Assembly (NCBI GenBank): GCA_000165425.1
Contig: CT868002.1
Span: forward strand, 1-64,000
Source: Paramecium tetraurelia
Lineage: Eukaryota
Length of the DNA: 64,000 bases
Reading direction: 5' to 3'
A model generated the notes under the pieces. That model was not told the DNA's origin and made no database searches. It saw nothing but the letters and a program-made list of their open reading frames with translations. Shown one piece after another: positions 39,224 to 52,425 of this stretch. Positions within the stretch are counted from its first letter, which is position 1; each line of letters starts with the position of its first letter. Position numbers and translations under genes: made by a program.

Positions 39224-41308
39224 ATGTCTAAATTATATAAGAATGCATCGCAAAACAATTTCTATCAATCCCAAACTATTCCAAAATTCAGGCCTCCTAA
39301 TCCTGTCGGTCCGTCATTGCCTAAGTACAATGATTGGTTGGGATCTGAGGAAGGCAACGCTTTATTAAATGCACTGAAATAGGAAAATCATGTCTTGAAG
39401 GAACATGTATTTAAATCAAGCGTATTATTAGAATAAAACAGTAGAAGGGTATCTCAAAAATGTGGTTAAGGTATTTGAATCATTGAATCTTGAAAACTCA
39501 AATCTGAGAAAAGAAATTGAATAAAGAACAGAAGATTTGCAACGGGTAATTGAATCCACAGCCACCAATCAAACTTTAAATGAGTAGGATCTGAGACATT
39601 AAATATAATTGTATGAAGATGAACTTGGAGTACTCAATTAACATATAAGCAATATTAAAGGAGGAGATCAATTGCAAAAGTCTTTATTGGAGGAGAAGGA
39701 GAATTAGCTTAAGAAATCTAAGGAATTGATTTAGAAATTGGAGTCGAATCTAACTAGTATGTATTAAAAGGAGAAAGATGTGTCAAATGAGGCACAAACT
39801 AAAGACATAAAAATAAAAGAATTAACTGATAAATATAATGAATTGAATAAAAAGTAGAAACCGTTGGAGGAGAAGGTCAGATAATTAAATTAGCAAAATG
39901 ATAGTTTGGTTTAAAAAGTTAATTCGTTGGAGAGTGCAAAAAAGAAATTAGAAGATGATGAAGCAGCAAAATTCAAAGATATATACACACAAAACTATTC
40001 TCAGAAAACTGACTTGGAACATCTACGTCATCTATGCAGTCAATAAGAAATATTGATCAAAGAATTACGATCAGAATTGGGTTCTCTAAAATAAGAAAAT
40101 TATCCATAATAAATAATCATATTAAAATAAGAAAACAATACTGTTTAATAAGAGTTAATTTTGGAATAAAAACGACACAGTAACACATCTTAGAGAGAAT
40201 AATCCGGAATGGAAAAACTGACTTCTGTCAAATTACAATTGGATAGTTTGTAAACTAAATATAATTTATTGTTGTCAGATTATGAAAATTTAAAGTAAGA
40301 ATATGATAGGGATTTGGAGAAAATGAATTAAAAATAGAAATAGATGATTGAAAAATAAAAGTTAGCAAATCAATAACTGATTTCTGATCATAATTTAGAG
40401 ATATCAAGATTAGAATTTAGAATCAAGGAACTTACCTTACAAATGGAATTATTGTAAAAAGACAATTAATAAAAGGACAAGTAATTATTAGAAATGAAGT
40501 AATTGTTATTGGATTTGGAAAACTTGAGGAGAGATTTGATTGAATAAAAAACTATCATTGTATAGAGAGATCACAAAATTGAAATCTTGACTTAGTAATA
40601 CAATGAATACCTGGAGAGTTCTAAGAAAAAATATTCAGATTTGGATGACAGATACAATAATTTATAGGAATTATTTAGAAAGGAGTAAGAAAAAAATGAC
40701 ACTCTCTATAAATAAAATGAGAAGATGATATGGTATAAGGAGTAGTTTGATGAAATGGAGGAGAAGTTAAGAAATCTCAAATTAATATAAGAAAATTACA
40801 AAATTGAAATTAACACTTATTAGTCAAAGATTTCAAGATTAGAAATTGAAAATGAGGAAGTTAAACAGATAAATAATTCTAATGAATAGGAGATGACTCA
40901 AATTCAAGCATATGCTAGAAAACTAGAAAAGTAAATTCAAGAAATTGAATATTTAAAATTAGAAAATAAAACTTTGAGAGAGACTAATTTTAGAGAGGCT
41001 ATTGCATTTTAGACTACTACTTAAACTCATAATAGAAAATCTACTTCTTCAAGATAGGATGAATAGGATTCAGGATCAAGGGAACCACAAAACATATAAA
41101 CCAAAGGATTTAATGTTACATCTAAGTAATTTATATTTTAGATTTGTTTAGCAAAACTTTAACTACTTAGCCTTCTAATTAGCAATTGAAATAGTAATTG
41201 CACAAAACAAGTAATCAAAATTCAAATCAAATTCTACAGACTTACGATGTTTAAAATGATTTGGAGTACAGAAACTATCCATATAGAACATATTATAAAA
41301 ATAAATGA
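39224..41308 (+). CDS. Long coiled-coil protein
   Basis: E/K/Q/L heptad-rich open frame in code 6. Confidence 0.75.
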
Positions 41309-41439
41309 TCTAAATAAAAATAATAAAATATTAAAAATCCCATTGTTCTGAAGAAGAATAATTTCAACTTTATCCAAGGAGCAATTTAGAATTATTATTT
41401 TCAATTATAAAATTCAATATTTTAGTATTAAATTATTAA

Positions 41440-42049
41440 ATGAGTGAAAATTAAGAAACCAATAAGGATAGAGAAATCAGAGAGTAGATGAAAAAGTAAT
41501 ATATGGAAGAGGAGGCCAAATTATAGCAGGGAATGGAAGAAGAAGAATCAGCCTTGAGGGATTACTTTAAAAATATTCAAAAACCTCTCCAGAGTGATCC
41601 AACAATTATTCGTAAATAAAAATATATTATAGTAAGGCAGAAAAAGATATAATGAGAAAATGGCCACCTATTAGGAGGTCATTAAAGATATCTCATTAAA
41701 TGAGATGGTCAAAACTATTTGGCAATACGAAGCAAGTACCCCAGAGGAAAATGAAACATTATACGACTGCAAATAATATTTTAAGTGGAGATGTTATGAA
41801 GGAATGGGAGCATGTTTGGCAATGACTAGTCTTATCTCCTTTTGGAATCGCCGATATCTCTCTTTCACTGCTAAAGGCTTAGGAGTATTTGTTGGCCTTG
41901 GTACTGGTTTTGCAATGGGTTTTCTGAGATCTACCTAATATACTCTTTAAAGACTCGAAGAACTTGGTTCAGACTATTATCTTGGGAGATTAGCTATAAA
42001 CGAGATTGAAGACTTTAGAATGGACAAGGTAATTAAGAAAAATATTTGA
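41440..42049 (+). CDS. Two-TM protein resembling the OCIA domain
   Basis: EENETLYDCKQYFKWRCYEGMGACLAMTSLI..KGLGVFVGLGTGFAMGFLRS..LEELGSDYYLGRL; one 25-nt intron. Confidence 0.6.
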
Positions 42050-42066
42050 GTATTATTATATTAAAA

Positions 42067-42609
42067 ATGGGAAATGGTACTTGTAAACAATAATCACCTT
42101 CTCTTGCTACAATCGATCTTATTGATCAAAAGCAACCTCTTCCCAACTCCTATTAATAAAGTCCCTCTAAGCCTAACATTGATTCTATCAACCCAACTAT
42201 CGCTAAATAGGAGGAAGAAGGACCTAACATAAGTATGGAAGCAGAGGAAGACCGTTGTTCCATTTGCAGAGTGTCGTAAGCCGAATCACCTACTAAGGAG
42301 AGATCAAAAAAAAGGCAATCCTATGAGGATTAATTCTTCCTTGATTTGTTGCATCAAGACAAAACCTTATTCAGAAGATCCTCTTAAGGATAAAGCATTA
42401 GTCCTGTTAGAATTCTAGCTACTTAACATAGAAAAAATAAAACATCTTTTATTATCGAACATACTGAGTTACTTAAATTAAGGTAAGAAGAAGCAGATGA
42501 AATTTCTAAGCCGAAATCAATTCTTAAATCCAGTAATCTTTCAGAAAAATCTTTTTCAAGTCAATCACAGAAAAAAGTAAAGTTTGGTTTGATTTATAAA
42601 TAAATATGA
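42067..42609 (+). CDS. Hypothetical protein with possible N-myristoylation/palmitoylation (MGNGTC)
   Basis: Open frame; C-terminal PKSILK..KKVKF (SILK and RVxF-type PP1 docking motifs). Confidence 0.65.
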
Positions 42610-42625
42610 CTATAGAATATATATT

Positions 42626-44943
42626 TCAAAGTAGTTCAAATTATTTCAACAATGACTATTCATCATAATTCAGCGATAGGTTTCCAAGCATAGTCAAAGT
42701 AGGTTTGTTTGTATCATCCCTCAACTCTTTAAATGGATCATCTCGCTGAGAAAGTATTCCTTTTTATGACTTCGAATGGCCCAGATTGTGTTAAGCCAGT
42801 GATGCTTTTGATCCCTGCCATTAGGACTTCACAATTTGACTTGAAAAAATAGGGTTTTAAGGTTATTAGTTGATTTGTTTTGATTTTTTTTATTCTTCCT
42901 AGAGGATTTCTTAGGGATCACCAAAATGCCCTAATAACATAAATAAAGCTTTAGATTCAGTTTTTAAATTCTATTCAATATTAATTATTCAATATACCTA
43001 TTAGATCTCCAAATAGAAATGAGCAATTACAGGTTTAATCAATTCATTCAATTCAAATGATCTAAGATTAATAATGAATTTAATTAATGAAATAATCTAA
43101 GATCTAAACTATTATCTTTTTATATTTTCATCCGGATTCCTATTCAAAATAGATTTTGGATTACTCTTCACATGTTCTTAATAGTTGCCATAATATTCTG
43201 ATATCGCAATCTTAACAAGATTAAAAGTGAATTCCTAAACAGCATTTGATTTAATGAATCTCGTTAAAAGTAATTATATCTATTAAAATGCCAATTGATA
43301 AAACATGATAGAACTTAAATATAACTTACTTAACATATCGAGCATTAATATTGCTACATTAACATCAATTTTTGGATGAGTGCAAACAGATTTTAATAAT
43401 TGAAAGTCTACTATGTTAATTTATATTTCATTTTATTCAATTTACAGTTACTTCACCATAGGAATAATTAAAATATCAATGGGTATTGTTGAATACTTTT
43501 TAATGAGCATTAAGAAATTGGCAACCAAAAATTCTCTCACTTCTTTCTAATCGAAGTTTTCAATCAGAGAAAATACTAACTTCTTGTATAATAAAGCAGC
43601 ATATTTGTCCTTTTACAATGCCAAATTGTCTAAGATTCTGAATAAACTTTGATAAGTAAATATTCTCATTGCAAAACTAGATTCCCTGGTTGCTTTCCTT
43701 GAATTTAATAAGTATTGTTCCATTTGATTGATCACAAATTACTGTGGATAAAATACCCAATAATGTTCAAAATATTTAAGAGCTGTCATTCTCTCCATGG
43801 TAGTATGTTAAGGTTCAAACAGTTTCACAGCATATGAAGCAAACAACTCGAAAAGATTTAGTTCTTACATCTGATCCCGAATCTGAATTGTTTGGATTAT
43901 TCCATTTATAAAATCTATGTACTCTTTTCCAGATTTCAATATTTTCCTGAGTTGCACATCAAAGAAATCTACAACATTGTATTAGGAGACTACACTATAT
44001 ATTTTGCAGACTTATTCCAAATATTAGTGATGACGTTATTAAGATAAAATCAATACAATTAAACCCCCATGTTCTCTTATCAACCAAGCATACACATCTT
44101 CTAACAATTCCTTTTAAGGTAGATTTATGACTATCCCTTCAATTATATATAAAGTCCAATAACATACCTCTGTGCTTTGAGATACTAAACCAGCTTTAAG
44201 AAGAGACAACAGTATATCAATTTTGTAGGTGACAAATTTAATAATGTGATTAATATGCTTTGACAATTCCATCAACCAATTTGTGACATTTTTGAAGCTT
44301 TTGTTGCCTTTGATCAGGATATTTGATAATTATTTATAATTTTAATTAAGCAAGGCTACTGCTTGCTTAGGCTTTAAGGTAAAATGTTTGCAAAGGGAAA
44401 CTATGATGAATTCTAAAAGGGACTAGGTTTAAATAAGAGGCTTTTCAGGGTCGATTTCATCGATGCCTATTTCTTGAGGTTCATTTTATTGAGAATTGAA
44501 TCTAGTTGTTGTACTTACTTGCTCTTCCACATAAAATGCCATTTCATAATGTTATTTTAATTCTTTCAAAAATTGCATCAACATCTAAGAATCTCCCTTT
44601 ACAATTGATACTATATAATTGGAAATTAGTACTTTTAATGTCATCATCTAAGGTTATGTTAATCTATTGTAAACTTCTGCATACATTATTCCAATTGAAC
44701 AATCTTATTCCATTACTATTACCTTATTTGACATCCACCTCAATCTTCGAATCAAATTATTTGAGGATTTGACTAACTATTATTCCATTCAAGAATTGCT
44801 CTTCTAATGATTAATCCACGTGAGCAAATAAATTATTAATAGGCAATTCCCATATCACATTAATTTTTACAAGCCACTGATAAATATCAAGATCAAGTTT
44901 CATATTGACAAAAAAATTATTAATTTATAGTATTTTATTTCAT
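42626..44943 (-). CDS. Helical-repeat (ARM-like) hypothetical protein
   Basis: Long Leu-rich helical frame starting near MKLDLDIYQWLVKINVI; several tiny introns. Confidence 0.65.
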
Positions 44944-45302
44944 TCTTTCAATACTAAATTTTTATAGTTTCAAAATACAATTATCATTAACTTATTGTTA
45001 AGCATTCCCTCTTCTTACAAAACCAATACTTGAAATTTTATAAAATGAATAAATAATTGCTATTTTATTGTAGATTAGTATATCAGATTGACAACTTATA
45101 AAATTACATTTCTATTATATTCTAGATTAATAATTTTAATCCTAAAATGATAAGAAGTTAAATTGATTATATCAACAATTTTTAATTAATAATCTCTTAA
45201 ATTCCAAAAAATTCTTAATTGAATAATTTTATTTTTTAAACTTAAGATATTGGAATGAGTAGTATGAGAATGTTGATATCTAAATTGGTAATAATCTTAA
45301 AC

Positions 45303-46759
45303 TCACGATAATAATAATTAAAATATTTCATGTTTCATATGCTTGTCTGAAATTTTGGCAATCTTTTTGCAAATATTAATGATTCTAGGCTCTTCAAAAT
45401 TGTTCTATTAAATTGTTGATATTAATTAAATCTAGGATATTAATCAAAGTTATACATTGAATCTCAAACATTCAGCTTCATATTGGTTATCCTTTTAAAA
45501 TGAATCGAAAGATTTAAAAATGAAGTAGTACAATTTAATAAGTTGTCGTTATTACCGTTTAATTCTATAAGTCATATAATAATATTTGAGGAATGTAAAT
45601 GGGAGTGTTATATCTTCAAAGAGTGTCCTAACCTTGCTTTTTTCATTTAATAATTTTTATATTTAAGAAAAGTTGGTCTAAATTTCTTGCACATATTGTT
45701 TTAATTTTTCATAATAATAGGATTGCATTATATCAGCAATTGCAGGTGGCTGACATCCTTCTAATCGAAAGAGCATTTTTAAATTAAACACCTTGTCATC
45801 ATTCTATAGCGAATTAACATAATTAATTGATGCAATTTCTTGTTGCTGATTATTTTGCAAGCACAATGGATATATAAAGAGAGGCAATTGATCAGCTTTT
45901 CTGGATAGATTGAAAACATAGTATTTCTTAAAAACTATGATGACTCCTTCTGAAAATTATAGTATTAAATCAAGAATGCATGCCAACATTATCTTCCTTG
46001 TTGTAATTCTTTATTGCTGATAAAAAAAGTCGATTAAGAAGATGAACATATACACAGGTATCAAGAAAAAGAGGAAGTTTATGACCCTTTTACTGATCGT
46101 AGTAGGTTTGATTGCTACAAACAAAGCATGCAAAAAGTATTGGGTATATGTGTGCAAAATCTAACTTTAGTTTGGAGGTGAGACTGGCAATTATCTTAAG
46201 AATTTGTATCCATTATACACCACATAACAAGTAGTGAAGATATTATTGAGTAACCCTCCTCCCCAAAGTTGATTGCAAAGAAGGAATTGTAGTATCAGAA
46301 TGACAAACAAGTATGCCAAGGCTTTATCAGAGTTTTCTATGGGATTAATGATTATAGAGTACTTGAAAAATAAAACACATGCAATCCTAACACATGAAAC
46401 CCATTCACTAACATTACTAAACATATAAATGTTTTGCCTATATAATTTAAATAATATGCGGCGAAGCCAAAAACTAGAATTAAAAGAGTTGTAAAGATGA
46501 TAGTTGCAAACATTTATGAGAAAGATTCCTTTCCTTCAAATAATTGCGTAAATTCCAATCTGTTAACTCGGCTTTAAAAATAAAATTTGACCTAATTGAC
46601 CAAAGGAGATTCTAATTGCTAAGGAGCCTTATTTGGATTTAAAATTTTGATTGGGTTTTCAGGTTTCGTGAAATCCTGAAATTACTGTTATTCGGTAAAG
46701 TAATTCGTCATTCTTTCCTTCCTTCTTTATATATCATATGTAAGTCTATTTTAGTTCAT
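45303..46759 (-). CDS. Multi-TM hypothetical protein
   Basis: Several hydrophobic helices (ORF-track fragment 46191-46424) followed by a soluble C-terminal region. Confidence 0.6.
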
Positions 46760-46774
46760 TAATTTAATAATTTA

Positions 46775-47757
46775 ATGAGTCTGGTAAATAATAAAGACAT
46801 TATGAAGTTACCTTAGAAATTGAATGAGCATACACAAAAATGGGATTTATCCAAGGGTTGTTCAAATCATATTCAACCAAGAATGTTGATCGAATTGAAT
46901 TTTGAGAAACCCCTTCAGAAATCAAGATTAACCTATGAATTGACAGTGGAAGAGAAATTGTATTAAATATTTAATGTTGGTATGGTATATAATTTAAAAG
47001 GATGATCAGTTACTTTAATTTATAGTTATTACAACAATGAAGAATTTGTATAATGTCTAGATAGGAGCTATTTTATAAATTTGAGATAGCAAAAATAGAA
47101 TTTTAATTGTAAATATATTGACTTCATGATTGATTTATGATTAAATTCATCAACTGTTAGTGCTATATGCTATATATGAGAGTTACTCTTTCTTACATTA
47201 GACAGGTTAAATAGGTGAAGGAGGAAGGGAAGCTGCCAAAGGAGTGTAGATGTGTTGCAGATTATTCATGGGTATAATTACAAGATATTGCGATAAAGCA
47301 CTCTAAAGTTTTAAATCTAGGAGATGCAGATATTAACCAGAAGATTAAATTAAGACATACAGAAATCTCAGAATTCAAATCGTCCATGATATACTGATAC
47401 TTAATTTGTAAATTTCAAATATGAGGATTCAAATATACGATATGGATTTAAAAGATAGTTTTTTCTTAAATGGAAGGTAGGGATATTATTACTAAAATGG
47501 ATTAAAATATTGTAATTACTGGCTAAGCAAGGAAAATACCCACTTTATTGATATGATTTAAGAATGAAGTTTTAATTATTAGAACAGAATATCAAATTCT
47601 ACATTACAAATCTAATAGCACAACATTCAAGTTGGGTAGGTGGTGCATTCATTGTTCGAATGGTAATCTTTTTGTACAAGATCAAGTGGCTATAATTTTA
47701 GAAATTTCGTATATTGATTAATTCTAGAATCTAATCTATCCTTATTTGCTTGATTGA
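46775..47757 (+). CDS. Hypothetical protein
   Basis: Coding-like frame MSLVNNKDIMKLPQKLNEH... with introns; end approximate. Confidence 0.5.
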
Positions 47758-48012
47758 ATTGATTATTTAAATCTTAGGAATTATCAGCAGACAAATATGA
47801 TAGCAATTTAATTATAGCGACCAATAGTTTAATTCTAATAAAGTAATTTAATCATACTAATATTATGTTAATTATATAAAACAATTAAATTAAAAGAAAC
47901 AATAAAAAAGTTATTGAATATCATAATAATATTCTATTGGAATTAAATATGAAAATGTTGAGAAAAAACAATAATTTTAGGATTGTAATTAAAATTTATT
48001 AATTTCCATAAA

Positions 48013-50521
48013 TCATAACTTGTATCTTGAATGCTACTAAGTTAATGGTCTTATCAAAACATTTGTATGAGATTCTGTTTTACCAGAAATAATTCTTTTT
48101 GATTAATTCATTTTTTTGACTTCCTGTAAGTACAGTTATTTATATTCATCTCTTTCCTTGACCAAAGTATTCAGATCATTATTTGATTGTAAAGTCTCTA
48201 ATTAGATTACTCTTTTCTATAATTCTTTTTCCCTTGCTAGAACTGAGACTAATTCATCTCTAATCATGCTTGCAAACTACCTTAAAGTTGGCTCTTGCAT
48301 GTCTATGATATTCATTTTGATGTCTGTATGTTCCAGAAACTAGGACTTTTGCAAAGGCTATAAAATAACCTTTTCCTTGATTCCATCCTATTTAGTATTC
48401 TTTAGACTTCTTTAATCAAGATATTTAAACAGACTTGAAATTATTACAATATATACTTTTTGAATTTGTTTCTAGTAGGAATATGAGGTTTATCCATAGC
48501 TGGAATATTAAATGATCTGATTCCAGAACTATATGCTCCATTTTCGATTTTCTCAATTACTCTAAATGTTTTCATAACAACATCATATAACTCAAATAGT
48601 TCAGACTTCATGTCTCTAATTTACATTCTATAATAATAATGCAAAAAGGATTACTTCTTTTTTTCTTAGTACTTTTTGAATTAGTGAATAAAGTGATCTA
48701 TTTCTTCATTTTTCTTTTATAAATATTTTTCGTATTATTCTGTACTATCTTACAAAAACTTTGCATACTCTTGCTTTAAATTATCCATTTATTATTTATA
48801 CCTAAGTTTAATAATATGGTTTACTCTTTTTCTAATTCAAGTTTTGCCATTCTTTTAATGTCTTCATGTTTCTACACTTCCGAAGTCTTGGCTTGGATGG
48901 TTTATGGTAAATTTATAATAACATTGACCGTTCTTCTCAATCACATCCTGATGTTCTTTTAATTGTTTTTTCACAGTATCTAAGATCTTATCGTTTTTTT
49001 CTTATTCAATTTATTCGAGTTGCTATTTCTTTTCTGCCTGCTATTCCTTCAACTTCTTGATTTCTTCAGCTAATTCTATAATCCTGCATTATTGTCTTTC
49101 TTATTTAAGACTCTCTTCCTTTTTCAATTATTCTTTCTCCTTCTGCATCTTATCAATCATATAGTCTGCCTCTTTCACATAATTCTAAAGAGTTTCTACC
49201 TTCTGCATAGCGTCCTTCTGAATTTTGAATTTCTATAATTCTTAAGCACTCGATTTAGCAAAGAGTTTCTCTAAATCTACATCAATTCCTAATAATGTTT
49301 AGATTTCTGATATTTTTTATTTATGTTCCTTCTGCATATAATCTATCTTGGATTTCAATTCAGTGTTCTCGTCTTGCAATTTCTTAATCAATTTATCCTG
49401 CCCAGGAAAAGGCCCTGGCTGATTAGGATTGTCGTCAATAGGTTGAGTTGCTGTCACTCCCTTAGTCCTTTCCGCATATTGAAGTGCCGATAAACATTCT
49501 TCAAAATTATTTTCATTAGGATTGATATGCACCATCAAAGCCACCTTAACTTTAACTATTGAGGCAATTTTATAAGATCCGAGTCAGCTTTGAGTCTCTG
49601 TATGGAATATTTTTGGAATTCATTTGGGAAATGGCTGTCAAACATTTTGATAAGGCAGTCAGACTTTAATTAATTAAAATGGCTTCCTAGAACTATCCTT
49701 CTTAGGTTAAACTCTTGGCTATTCTTTCGGATCCTGCCAAATCGACAAATTATATGAATGCATTCATAAATGGTAAGTTCTCATTTTCTTTGTCTTTTTA
49801 AACCAGATTCAAGGTAATGATGGAGTGACATTTCTGGCCGAATTATTTACTTTGCTATTCCAGTTTCTCTCTTAATTGAAAACCCATCTATATCATATCG
49901 GTCAATTCCTACGCTGATCTTATGGGTATTTATGTGAGATCCTTAATCATTATCTACCCATTTGTGTTTTCGTATATGGTGAGATTTTCATTCTCGTAAT
50001 TCTACAGTATTTGATTCGTATTCCCAGATTAACGGGATTGATAGGCTTTGCCCAAATCCCTCACTTGATCCAAGAACAATTCAGCCATGCTAACAGTTAT
50101 TACAAATTCTCGAATCTCTTCGAATTCTTAAGATTTGGAGAGGAGGTATTCCATAGCTCTTGTTACAATCCCCTTCTTGTCTGGCTTGCTTTCTTCACCT
50201 TCTTAGCCGAATAATGTGTAACTCTTCCCACTTCCAGTTTGTCCATAACTCAGAACGCAAGAATTGTGGCCTTCGATTAGTTTCTGCAACATGGGGTTCA
50301 ATCACTTTGAAGGCATGTTCTTGAGTAGTGCAAACTGAAGAAAAAAGAAACAATCTTGCTTTCTGCATTTTTATTGGTTGGATCCTTAAATTAACATAAC
50401 TCTATACTCTAATTGAAATGCTCTCATTAGTGAAGTCGACCATCTTCTGTTGATAATCAATTGGTCTTACTCTGGCGAATATTTTATAGTTTTGATTGGC
50501 ATTTGTAATTCGGTTTTGCAT
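48013..50521 (-). pseudogene. Kinesin (N-terminal motor plus coiled coil) carrying three frameshifts in the motor domain
   Basis: [55 protein letters not shown] and ECLSALQYAER. Frame breaks near 50343, 50295 (GAACCCCATG) and 49547. Confidence 0.75.
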
Positions 50522-50546
50522 TTTCTTATAATTATTTATTTAAATA

Positions 50547-50822
50547 ATGTCCAAATATCATATGGAAGGACTAAATATCCTTAAGGTGGCTCTGCTGGAA
50601 CTAAAATCAATCAAGTACACCTAATTTACCAGGAACAAAATTCGTTCGATTCTTGCCTTAAAAAATAACAAGACTCTCTAAGAACAAGACACTTTGAAAT
50701 TCAGAAACGAGTGCTTTGCCTATTACAGTCTGATGAAACAGGAATTGCATCAAAAAGACTTAACTATAACTACGGCAGAGCACTTGAGGAAAACTATGAA
50801 AAATAATTATTGGGTAAAATGA
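50547..50822 (+). CDS. Small protein (91 aa), possibly LYR/FMC1-like
   Basis: Open frame with LKVALLELK..IRSIL..AYYSLMK, a three-helix pattern; family call is weak. Confidence 0.45.
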
Positions 50823-50871
50823 TTATCAACTTAAATATACACCAATAATATATTTTATATTTAATGCTCTT

Positions 50872-51141
50872 TCAAATATCGTCCCATTTCGAGGTTAATT
50901 CCTCCTATTCTAAAGGAGTGTTTTCCCTTGATTTTCTATATTGCTTAGCATGTCTCAATCTGAACATCATAATCTCAAACAATTACCTTCTGACAACTGA
51001 AGAGCATGGTCTTGCTCCGTGATTAGCCTTCTTGGGGGCTCTGGCATTTCTATTCATCTAAAGGATTGTTTCATCAAACATCAAGGGAATCCTTGTGATG
51101 AAGTCCATAAAGAAGCTTCTGGTTAATAATTTTGTTTACAT
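50872..51141 (-). CDS. Small basic protein with mitochondrial-type presequence (candidate mitoribosomal peptide)
   Basis: MQTKLLTRSFF presequence, then MNRNARAPKKANHGARPCSSVVRR; probable 27-nt intron. Confidence 0.7.
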
Positions 51142-51908
51142 ATTAAAATAATAAATATAAATCACTTTTCCCTTCTGTAAAAGTATAAATAATTTAAACT
51201 AATTTATTAACTAAATACGCAATTATGCAGTTAAATATTTGAAAAAGGCTAAATTGCTCCAAAGTAATATTAACATTAATTAATGAATTTATTTTCATTT
51301 CATTTGGTAAAAGAATCTAAATGGAGTGTTTTTTTGAAATCAATACTAAAAAAGGCAGAACACCTAAACCTTCATTTAATAAGGCTATTTATTTAAATAT
51401 TATGAAGTGAATATATAATTAATGGTTTTCGAAAATTGAGTAATTCCTATTCTTTGGGGGATTACTTCAAAATTTGAATTATTCTCATATGGGCAGAAAA
51501 GTAAAATGTGGGTTGTGCAATATGAAATTAGTATGGAAAATTATAACAAAGTAAAATTGATTAACGTTTCGCCAAATTTAGACAAGCATTTTTTAATTTT
51601 TAACTGCATAATTTATAATGTTTCTCAAAATTTATCCCTGAAGAGTCGTGTCTAGGTGTAATTGATTTGAGGAAATTAATTACTTATATTTAGACGGAAT
51701 ATATTGATATCGTTTTTAAATTGAAGTGTTAAATTTATATGCATTTTTTACAAAGTATCTAGAGTTTATGGTTGCCCCTCGAAAACTATGTATAATTATT
51801 GAGGATTAGTAAAATAATTTAGATTTGCGAGGCTTTTGGCTTTTGTGAAGTGAATATTTTTAATAAAATATTTTTCCAATTTACTTATCAGTCTATATCT
51901 AAATTAAG

Positions 51909-52115
51909 ATGAGTTCGAAGTAAGAAAGCGGAGGATCTGAAAAGCAAGGAATTGGTAGAGTTGAGATCTCGGAGGAACCTTAAACTGTGGTTTGGAGTGG
52001 GCAGAGTAATATTGAGATTTAGATTTTGGTTGATAAATCATTTGGAGATTCGATGTCATATGAGGATGTTCTGAAATACAAGAGTATCCTGGCAAGAAAG
52101 ATCCTAGGATAGTGA
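51909..52115 (+). CDS. Small ORF (68 aa), uncertain
   Basis: GC-richer island in an AT-rich spacer; MSSKQESGGSEKQGIGRVEISEEPQ... Confidence 0.35.
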
Positions 52116-52425
52116 ATCTGATTTATGAGTATTGAAACCAATAATCACGATTGTTATATACTAAAATGAGTCATTTATATTTCTTGTAAATTATAAATTT
52201 GGATATTTACAATAATATCCGCATGGTAGTTTCGATATATAGGTAATGAATATTCGAGAAATGTAAGTATGGAATGAAAATGGAAGATTAAAAATAAGAT
52301 GGATTTAAAATTGGAAAATGAGATATTAATAAAAAATTGATATATATAATAACTAATTTATTAAATGCAGAGAGAGAGATATACAAAACACAATATATTG
52401 TTATAATAATATATTATAATTATAA

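Noticed and set aside
49540..50350. Euplotes-style stop-codon frameshifting in the kinesin
   Set aside because: The first in-frame TGAs lie beyond the P-loop and the VALMVHINP motif, so slipping at the stop would destroy them.
50755..50930. Additional frameshift in the small FMC1-like ORF (alternative frame RLNYNYGRALEE)
   Set aside because: That frame runs deep into the convergent gene, whereas the direct frame stops at a sensible position.
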